Below are positions 12,233-19,641 of a DNA stretch of 64,000 bases, one piece after another (position 1 is the first letter of the stretch; each line of letters begins with the position of its first letter). The notes beneath the pieces were generated by a model. It was not told where the DNA came from. It searched no databases and saw only the letters and a program-made list of their open reading frames with translations. The stretch is from Helicobacter kayseriensis (lineage in GTDB: Bacteria > Campylobacterota > Campylobacteria > Campylobacterales > Helicobacteraceae): the NCBI RefSeq assembly GCF_021300655.1, contig NZ_JAJTNB010000001.1, forward strand, positions 133,770-197,769. Direction: 5' to 3'. The position numbers and the translations under genes were made by a program.

Positions 12233-14127
12233 ATCTCTTGAGCCTTTTTCACGATCTCTTCAACACTAATCTTAAAAAATACAAAAAGATCATCACCCTT
12301 GCCCGAAGCCCCAAAGCTATCCATTCCAATCACAACCTTTGCGTATCGATACCACTCCATTCCCCTTGAAGCTTCAATTGCGATCGTTTTATTGCGATTA
12401 CTAAGAATCGAGTCTTGATATGCTTGATCTTGCTGAGAAAACAATTCCATACACGGCATACTAACCACTCTCACAGATTTTCCCTGATTTTTTAGCATTT
12501 CAGCTCCCTTGAGTGCTAGATTTACCTCTGAACCTGTAGCCAAGAGAATAACATCAGGATTTTCAGATTCCAAAATCACATAAGCTCCCTTTTGCACTTG
12601 ATCTTTAGAAACAGGTGATAAAACTTCAAGATTTTGCCGACTTAGCACAAAAGCACTTGGAGCTTTCATCTCTAAGGCAACCTGCATGCAAGCAATATTT
12701 TCATTTGCATCAGCAGGACGAAATACCAAAAGATTGGGCATTGCTCTAAAATGAGAGAGTTGCTCGATTGGCTGATGTGTTGCCCCATCTTCTCCCACAC
12801 CGATACTATCATGCGTCCAAACATACATCACCTGTGTTTTCATAATAGAAGCAACCCTTACACTTGGAGCCATATAATCACTAAAAACAAAAAATGTCGC
12901 ACAATAAGGCAAGAAAAGTCCATAATTTGCTATTCCATTGCAGATGGCACCCATTGCATGCTCTCTAACACCAAAGTGTAAATTTCTTCCCTTAGGGAAA
13001 TCTCCTTCATTTTTTAAAAGCGTATTGTTTGAAGGCCCCAAATCTGCACTTCCGCCAACCAGTCCAGAATAACTTCTTGCAATTGCATTAAGGATCTCTC
13101 CATTGCTTACGCGTGTGGCAACTTTATCTCCTTGCTTAAATGCAGGATATTGCACTTGAGAAAAATCTGGATTTTGCAACTCTGCAATCTTGCTTTGAAC
13201 CTCTTGGCTAAGAGATTTTTTCCACTTTTCACATTCACTCATTCCCTTGGCAATGCTTGCTTCAAATGCACTTTTGACTTCTTGAGCAATCACAAAAGCT
13301 TGATCTTTCTCAAAGCCCATAAATTCTTTAGAAGCAGCCACAACTTCTGCACCTAAGGGTGCTCCATGAGTTTTATGACTTCCCTCTACTCCCACTGCAT
13401 TTTTCCCAATGACTGTATGTGCGATAATCAAAGCAGGCTTGCAACTCTCTTTGGCGCTTTTGATTGCCAAATCAATCGAATCAAAATTATGCCCATCACA
13501 CTCAAAAACATCAAATCCTTGAGCTTCAAAACGCCTAGCGATGTTTTCACTCAAAGCAATCTCAGTCCCGCCCTCAATTGTGATTTTATTACTATCATAA
13601 ATCAAAATTAAATTTGAAAGCTGATGATGGCCTGCAAGAGAGCAAGCCTCATAGCTAATCCCCTCTTCCAAATCCCCATCCCCACACAAACAATATACAA
13701 AATGAGAAATGACATTTTCTCCCAAGATTCTTTGTGCATATTTGCTAGCCATTGCAAAGCCCACTGCATTTGCCACACCCTGCCCCAATGGACCTGTTGT
13801 AATCTCAACCCCATGCGTATGCCCAAACTCTGGATGCCCTGGGGTTTTGCTGCCCAATTGTCTAAACTGCTTAAGATCCTCAAGACTCACATCAAATCCC
13901 CATAAATGAAGCAAGCTATACACTAACGCTGAACAGTGTCCCCCACTAAACACAAGTCGATCACGATTGAGCCACGAAGAATCTTGAGGGTTAAGATGAA
14001 GATGATGTGAAAGCACAACGGCAATATCTGATAATCCCATAGGAGCACCTGGATGACCGCTATTTGCCTTCTGCACCATATCTGCGCATAAAATTTTAAG
14101 CGTATTTGACATTATCTCTTTTTGCAT
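12229..14127 (-). CDS. tkt: Transketolase
   Basis: GHPGAPMGL TPP motif, 632 aa. Confidence 0.9.
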   Translation of the reverse strand: MQKEIMSNTLKILCADMVQKANSGHPGAPMGLSDIAVVLSHHLHLNPQDSSWLNRDRLVFSGGHCSALVYSLLHLWGFDVSLEDLKQFRQLGSKTPGHPEFGHTHGVEITTGPLGQGVANAVGFAMASKYAQRILGENVISHFVYCLCGDGDLEEGISYEACSLAGHHQLSNLILIYDSNKITIEGGTEIALSENIARRFEAQGFDVFECDGHNFDSIDLAIKSAKESCKPALIIAHTVIGKNAVGVEGSHKTHGAPLGAEVVAASKEFMGFEKDQAFVIAQEVKSAFEASIAKGMSECEKWKKSLSQEVQSKIAELQNPDFSQVQYPAFKQGDKVATRVSNGEILNAIARSYSGLVGGSADLGPSNNTLLKNEGDFPKGRNLHFGVREHAMGAICNGIANYGLFLPYCATFFVFSDYMAPSVRVASIMKTQVMYVWTHDSIGVGEDGATHQPIEQLSHFRAMPNLLVFRPADANENIACMQVALEMKAPSAFVLSRQNLEVLSPVSKDQVQKGAYVILESENPDVILLATGSEVNLALKGAEMLKNQGKSVRVVSMPCMELFSQQDQAYQDSILSNRNKTIAIEASRGMEWYRYAKVVIGMDSFGASGKGDDLFVFFKISVEEIVKKAQEI

Positions 14128-14179
14128 TTTTTCTCCTTGTTTTCTAGGATTTGGATTCTACATTGTCTCTTTGGAAAAC

Positions 14180-14971
14180 TCAACTTTTCTTGCGATGAAT
14201 TCCTTCGCAAACTCGCATTCCAAACAAAACAATCAACCACGAAACATAAATCCAAAGCATTCCAAACAAAACAAACGACACAGATCCATAAATTGTTTCA
14301 TAAGATCGATTGTGTGCCACATAATAAACAAAACTCCATTTAGCAATATTCCAACCCAAAGATGTCAAAAAAGTTGCAAAAAACAAAGCTTGAGGATTGA
14401 GTTTTTTATTGGCTGAAATTTTAAAAAGAAATAAAAACATCATCCATCCCACCATAATCGGGGCTAGTTGCAATAGGTAGGGAAGAAAGATATAAGATTC
14501 CCAAATCTTTCTAAATTGAAAAACAAAATAAAACAAAACACCAAAAAGCAGAGGGAACAGAGACACAATCATCCAATACAAACTTAAAGAATCAAAAAAA
14601 GTCCGAGGAGAACTACCAAAGACTTTGGAAGTGATATATTCATAGTTTCGGAAAAAGAGAATTGAGGTAAAAAGAATATAAATAAATCCCAAGATTCCCA
14701 TTTTGGAGCTTTGAATCAAAAGCGGATCTAAAAAGCGAGCAACAATCTCTGAATGAGTGGGAAGAACATTTGAGAGCACAAAGTCTTTGATTTCTAAAAA
14801 AGTATTTTGAAAATTGGGCAAAAGTAAGAGAATTGACAGCACAATCAAAAGCAAAGGAATAAAAGCAAAAACAGTATAAAAACTCAGTGATGCAGCATAG
14901 ACAAAGAGCTCATCCTCATGGGTCAAAAAACTATAAAGAGCCTTGGCTTTACAATATAAGCGTTTTAACAT
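14180..14971 (-). CDS. YihY/BrkB (ribonuclease BN-like) family inner membrane protein
   Basis: 263 aa, six predicted TM helices, and the YihY-type N-terminus (FLTHEDELFVYAASLSFYTVFAFIPLL). Confidence 0.7.
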   Translation of the reverse strand: MLKRLYCKAKALYSFLTHEDELFVYAASLSFYTVFAFIPLLLIVLSILLLLPNFQNTFLEIKDFVLSNVLPTHSEIVARFLDPLLIQSSKMGILGFIYILFTSILFFRNYEYITSKVFGSSPRTFFDSLSLYWMIVSLFPLLFGVLFYFVFQFRKIWESYIFLPYLLQLAPIMVGWMMFLFLFKISANKKLNPQALFFATFLTSLGWNIAKWSFVYYVAHNRSYETIYGSVSFVLFGMLWIYVSWLIVLFGMRVCEGIHRKKS

Positions 14972-15005
14972 TGATGAGGCCTGTTGCTACTTTGTCTCAT
15001 ATGAT

Positions 15006-15902
15006 TTACCTACATTCTTTGGCAATGCCAAGTCCCTGATGAGACAAAAGCGCTAAACTCTTTTTGATATCCATAATTTGCAAATCATACTTTTCTAACA
15101 TTTCTAAATCTTTTTGTGGTGTTTCTCCAAGCGTTGTAAGATAATTTCCCAAAACAATTGCATTGATTCCATAATCAAACATCTTTTTTTGATCCAAACC
15201 AAAAACACGCTCCCTTCCTCCTGCAATCATTAAGCGTGAATTGGGAAGATATTCCTTGGTCAATACAATACACTCAAGTGCTTCTTCTTTGGATAAAACT
15301 TCACGCTTAAGAGGTAGTGCGGGATGAGGGATGAAAAAATTGATCGGCACAGAATGCGGAGAAAGAGAACGCAAAGCTTTCAAAAGCTCGATTCGATGCT
15401 TCCATTCTTCTCCAAGCCCAAAAATCCCCCCGCTACAAAGTCCAAGCCCTGCCCTAAGAGCATTTTCACAAGTCTCAAACCGCTCTTCCCAAGTATGCGT
15501 CGTGCAGATAGAGCTAAAAAAACTCTGCGCACTTTCAAGATTGTGATTATAAGTATCGATTCCATGAGCCTTGATATGCTTCAAAGATTCTTCATCTGCT
15601 CTCCCACAGCAAGCTATTAGATGAATATCTTCAATCTCTTTTTTGATCGCTTGGGCCAAAGAGGCGACATATTCACATTTTTTAGAATCTAAGCCCCTTC
15701 CAGAGGTAACAAGACAAAACCCCACCATTCCATACTTTTTGAGCTCTCTTGCCTCAGCAATCACATCTTGAGGATTTTTATATTTATAGCGCTGAACATT
15801 CGTCTCATAATGTGCACTTTGCGTGCAATAAGCACAATCCTCACTGCACCCTCCACTACTGACATTGCTAATTGAACACAAAAAAACTTCTTTTTTCATC
15901 AC
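15006..15902 (-). CDS. bioB: Biotin synthase (radical SAM)
   Basis: CSEDCAYC radical-SAM CxxxCxxC motif and BioB length. Its start overlaps the stop of the upstream DUF5131 gene by 4 nt. Confidence 0.9.
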   Translation of the reverse strand: MMKKEVFLCSISNVSSGGCSEDCAYCTQSAHYETNVQRYKYKNPQDVIAEARELKKYGMVGFCLVTSGRGLDSKKCEYVASLAQAIKKEIEDIHLIACCGRADEESLKHIKAHGIDTYNHNLESAQSFFSSICTTHTWEERFETCENALRAGLGLCSGGIFGLGEEWKHRIELLKALRSLSPHSVPINFFIPHPALPLKREVLSKEEALECIVLTKEYLPNSRLMIAGGRERVFGLDQKKMFDYGINAIVLGNYLTTLGETPQKDLEMLEKYDLQIMDIKKSLALLSHQGLGIAKECR

Positions 15903-16645
15903 AAACCTCTCCTCTTAAAATCTTTAGGATATTCTTTCATTTCCTTGCCTTGAAACAAAGATCCATTTTCTTTCTTGCTTCTTCTTTTTCCATCACTTCC
16001 ATAAGCCCCCCATTGTTTGAAGAAGAAAGCGACTTTTTGATCTTGACATTGTTTTTGGATATTTAAAACCCATTGCTCTTGCATTGCTCTTGCATTGTTT
16101 CCGCTCTCTCCCCCTACAATTACCCAATCAATCCCATCTAAATCCAAATTCCCCAAATCATCAAGAAGTGGTTCACAAGAAAGCCATTTGACTTTTGCAG
16201 GTAAATCTGTAATTTCTTTGATTCTATGTTTTACCTTGCTTGATTCTACTGTTGTTCCAAGCCAAGCATTTTGAGGGATAGGATGAGAGAGAAAATATTC
16301 TCTCATTCTTTTTGGGCGTTTGGTGAGAATTTGGTATTGATGTTGAGGGGTATCTGTAATGACCTGCATCACTTGATCTAAAAAAGCAATATCCATTTTT
16401 TCATGAAATAAATCACTCATAGAATTAACAAAATACAAAGTTGGCTTTTTATTCTTTTTTGGTTCATCTAGTCGATGCGGAAGCATCGTGAAAGCAAAAC
16501 CATTTTTATAGTCAGGATTTCCCATCGCTTGCAAGCGTTTTGCCATTACTTCGGCATAGCAATTCTTACAACCATTGCTTACTTTGTTGCATCCAATTGT
16601 GGGATTCCAAACGCTTTCAGTCCATTCAATTTTTGTTTTCTTCAT
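15899..16645 (-). CDS. DUF5131 / phage Gp37Gp68 family three-Cys-motif protein
   Basis: The N-terminus MKKTKIEWTESVWNPTIGCNKVSNGCKNCYAEVMAKRL matches the family hallmark (TKIEWTD-TWNP-GC-x-S-GC-x-CYA) with C-x7-C-x2-C. It is paired with a TcmP gene upstream. Confidence 0.7.
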   Translation of the reverse strand: MKKTKIEWTESVWNPTIGCNKVSNGCKNCYAEVMAKRLQAMGNPDYKNGFAFTMLPHRLDEPKKNKKPTLYFVNSMSDLFHEKMDIAFLDQVMQVITDTPQHQYQILTKRPKRMREYFLSHPIPQNAWLGTTVESSKVKHRIKEITDLPAKVKWLSCEPLLDDLGNLDLDGIDWVIVGGESGNNARAMQEQWVLNIQKQCQDQKVAFFFKQWGAYGSDGKRRSKKENGSLFQGKEMKEYPKDFKRRGL

Positions 16646-17804
16646 AGCGAACCTTGTAGAGAATCTGTCCTTCTTTATAATAGTTGTAACCTAGATAAAA
16701 GGTTGTTTTTTTCTTGCGTTTATCAGAGATAAAATCTAATCTTCCTTCTTCATACCATTCTTGCAGAATTTTTCCACATTCAGAGAGTTTAACTTCTTGC
16801 GTAAGAGAAAATTTAAAAATGTCATTATTGTTCCGATAGGTCTTGAGGAACTCAGACAGATTTTTTTTAAAGTTTGAAAAAAATTGTTCCTTTTTTTCCT
16901 CAATCTCTAAATCAAAAAAAAGATTTCGGTTTTCCTTGTTATACCCTTGTCCCAAATCCTTGTCTAATTTCCATTTGATTTCCACAGCTTTCTCAAGTCC
17001 ATAAATATGTTTTGTGAGATAAAATAATGCATAATACTGTTTCTTTTCGGCTTCAATGTGGTAGCTACAGCTATAAGTATTTTCATCTCTCATTGCTTCT
17101 TTGATGTGTGTGATAAATTCAATTTGATTTTTACACTCTCCCGATCTGATGGGGTGTTCTTTGTTTGAAAAGAAGCTACAAAGGAAATCTTCCAAAGATT
17201 CACACAACAACCTATCATCTTCTGAAGTCTTTTCCTTTGCTTTTGAGAAACGATACATTTGAGCGATTGGTAAAAATAATACTATTTCATTTTTATTTCC
17301 TTCCATAAGTCTATCTATAACATTTTTGTTGATATTCTTATATCCATAAGGGTCAATAAAAATCATAGTCTTGTATCGATTTTGTTTTGTTTTTAGTATT
17401 TGAAGTATCTCTTCAAACATCTCTACATAATCTATTGAATAATAATTAACCTTGATTTTTTGGTTTTTCTCTTTTTTGTCTATATAGGTTTTTATTCTGT
17501 CAATATTCTTTTGTTGTTTATCATTAAAATAAAAACTAATCTGCTTATCTTTTTCTTCTACTAATTTATAAGCAATGTCATAAGAGAGAATAGCACTCCC
17601 CTTTTCTCCATTGTCATAAATCCCCATACCACAGCAAACATCAAATATAATAATCTCATCGCAATATTGTGTTTGAGAAAGGATTTTTAGATAAAGCCTT
17701 AGATAATTCTTATAAAAATCAAGCTTTGCCTTTGAATGATGCAATACATTTTTTTGTGTTGCTTCTTTTTTGCTTTTGTATTTTTTATCATCAATACACG
17801 ACAT
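16626..17804 (-). CDS. tcmP: TcmP family protein ('three-Cys-motif partner protein', TIGR04474-like); Rossmann/methyltransferase-like motifs
   Basis: The region HSKAKLDFYKNYLRLYL...IIIFDVCCGMGIYDNGEKGSAI resembles the TcmP core (..IAYIDLFAGPGRYKDGSKSTP..). There is a downstream IFIDPYGY (DPPY-like) motif. It overlaps the partner DUF5131 gene by 20 nt. Confidence 0.6.
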   Translation of the reverse strand: MSCIDDKKYKSKKEATQKNVLHHSKAKLDFYKNYLRLYLKILSQTQYCDEIIIFDVCCGMGIYDNGEKGSAILSYDIAYKLVEEKDKQISFYFNDKQQKNIDRIKTYIDKKEKNQKIKVNYYSIDYVEMFEEILQILKTKQNRYKTMIFIDPYGYKNINKNVIDRLMEGNKNEIVLFLPIAQMYRFSKAKEKTSEDDRLLCESLEDFLCSFFSNKEHPIRSGECKNQIEFITHIKEAMRDENTYSCSYHIEAEKKQYYALFYLTKHIYGLEKAVEIKWKLDKDLGQGYNKENRNLFFDLEIEEKKEQFFSNFKKNLSEFLKTYRNNNDIFKFSLTQEVKLSECGKILQEWYEEGRLDFISDKRKKKTTFYLGYNYYKEGQILYKVRYEENKN

Positions 17805-19641
17805 TTACACGCTCATCACTGGGGATGTTGAGGTTGAGGAAGGATTCCAAAGTGTAAGTGCCATAGCCATCGATGAAAATAGCTTTGTTTTTATCTTCTA
17901 AAATCTTTAATTCTACTTCTTTATCAATCCCCACCACACAGAGGATATCTTCACATGCAAAAAGCTTATCTTTGACAAGCTCTTCTAGTGGGATATGTAA
18001 AGGCTTGCCTGCAAAGAGTGCAAGATTCCTAGCAATATCAGAAGGAGTGATGTTGGCACTATGGGGGATGATACTTCCCTTATCACTTAGCTTTGCTTTT
18101 TCTCTTAGAGAATACACATGATAGCCTATATCTACGCTAAATTCCTCACCACTTTCATCCCTTAGCTTATCTCCTGCACGATTTACTCTCTCAATCGTAA
18201 TGTCGCTAATCTTTGGTTCACTTCTACCTAGCTTGTTTCTCACAAAATTATAGGCTGTTTTGTTTTTATCTTCTTTGATCTCTTCGGGAAGTTGGACTAG
18301 GATAAATTTACGATTCCCTCCATCTTCTGCATTGAGCTCCATTACTGCTTGTGCTGTTGTCCCACTCCCTGCAAAGAAGTCAAGGATAATGTCATCCTGT
18401 TTTGAGACCATTTCTAAGATTTTATAAACTAATTTTACAGGTTTTGGATTTTGAAAAATCCCTTTGGTTAATATGTTGGACAATTCTTGATTTGATTGAC
18501 GAGTACTTCCGAAATCTTCATATTTCCAAAATGATACTGGGGGCATTCGATCACCTGTTTCACTCCAAAAAGTTTTTCTTTGCGGAGCTTTTTTGCCTTC
18601 AGGATCTAGAAAAATTCTATTGTCATTTTCTAATTCTTTGAGATGCTCTTTTGAATATCTGGGATAAGTTCCACTTGGTGGAGTCCAAATTTGCCCATTG
18701 CCAAATGTGTATTGATAGATTGATTTTTCAGTTCCACTTTTCGCGTGGAGTGGTGTCAATAAATAATCTCCTCGATCGTCACTATCATAGTTCTTATAGT
18801 ATGCTCTTTGCTTTTCTGTTTTTTTGATTCCATGGATTTCTACTAGAAGAATGTTTTTTGCATACACTAAAATATTTTCGTGATTTGTTGAAAAATATTT
18901 AGAATCGTTTTTGATTGTATCAAGGTTTTGCCAGGCAACTTGTGCTACAAAATTCTCTTCTCCAAAAATCTCATCACACAGAATCTTAAGATTGGCTTGT
19001 TCGTTCTCATCAATAGAGACAAATATTACTCCATCCTCACGGAGCAAATCCCTAGCAAGTTTGAGGCGTGGGAGCATAAAGCTAAGCCATCCACTATGAC
19101 TTCTTGAACCCGTGATATTTCTAAAAGTCTGAAGTGTTTTGCTCTCTATTTCATTGCCTTCTTCATCAATCTCAAGTAATCCCACTTCACGCAAGATTTT
19201 TTTGTAGTCTTTTCTAAAATCATCGGGATAGATGAAATTTTCGTTTTTGGTGTTATAGGGTGGGTCGATATAGATCATTTTGATCTTTTCATAGTAGGCA
19301 GATTTGAGGATTTTTAGCACATCAAGATTATCACCGATGATGATTGAGTTCTCTGTAGATTCTCTTTCTTTGCTTCTCTCTACTTCTTCGCTTAGCTCAT
19401 ATTCTACTGGTGTGGTGTAGAGAGTATTGGCTAAGCCTTTGCCTGTGAAAGTGAGCTCATAGCCTTGAGTGTTGGAGTGAGAATCAAGTCCCAAAAGCAT
19501 AGCAAGAGCTTTGAGATTGACTTGCCCCTCGCTGAGAGTGTCAGGGAAGTGTTTTTCTAGTATGGATTTCAAGGGATTATTTTCTTTCGTGCTATCGATG
19601 ATATTTAGTCCTTTTTTTTGGGCTTCTTTTTTATCGATCAT
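17791..19641 (-). CDS. mod: Type III restriction-modification DNA methyltransferase (Mod), beta-class N6/N4 amino-MTase
   Basis: Motif IV IYIDPPYNTKNENFIYPDD precedes motif I ILDFFAGSGTTAQAV (beta permutation). 616 aa, with a 4-nt overlap to res. Confidence 0.85.
   Translation of the reverse strand: MIDKKEAQKKGLNIIDSTKENNPLKSILEKHFPDTLSEGQVNLKALAMLLGLDSHSNTQGYELTFTGKGLANTLYTTPVEYELSEEVERSKERESTENSIIIGDNLDVLKILKSAYYEKIKMIYIDPPYNTKNENFIYPDDFRKDYKKILREVGLLEIDEEGNEIESKTLQTFRNITGSRSHSGWLSFMLPRLKLARDLLREDGVIFVSIDENEQANLKILCDEIFGEENFVAQVAWQNLDTIKNDSKYFSTNHENILVYAKNILLVEIHGIKKTEKQRAYYKNYDSDDRGDYLLTPLHAKSGTEKSIYQYTFGNGQIWTPPSGTYPRYSKEHLKELENDNRIFLDPEGKKAPQRKTFWSETGDRMPPVSFWKYEDFGSTRQSNQELSNILTKGIFQNPKPVKLVYKILEMVSKQDDIILDFFAGSGTTAQAVMELNAEDGGNRKFILVQLPEEIKEDKNKTAYNFVRNKLGRSEPKISDITIERVNRAGDKLRDESGEEFSVDIGYHVYSLREKAKLSDKGSIIPHSANITPSDIARNLALFAGKPLHIPLEELVKDKLFACEDILCVVGIDKEVELKILEDKNKAIFIDGYGTYTLESFLNLNIPSDERVNVVY

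Noticed and set aside
19601-19615. A8/T8 run near the 5' end of mod as a phasevarion switch.
   Set aside because: It is only 8 A residues. There are no G/C homopolymers or tetra/penta-nucleotide repeats in mod or res, so these sequence features give no support for phase variation of this R-M system.
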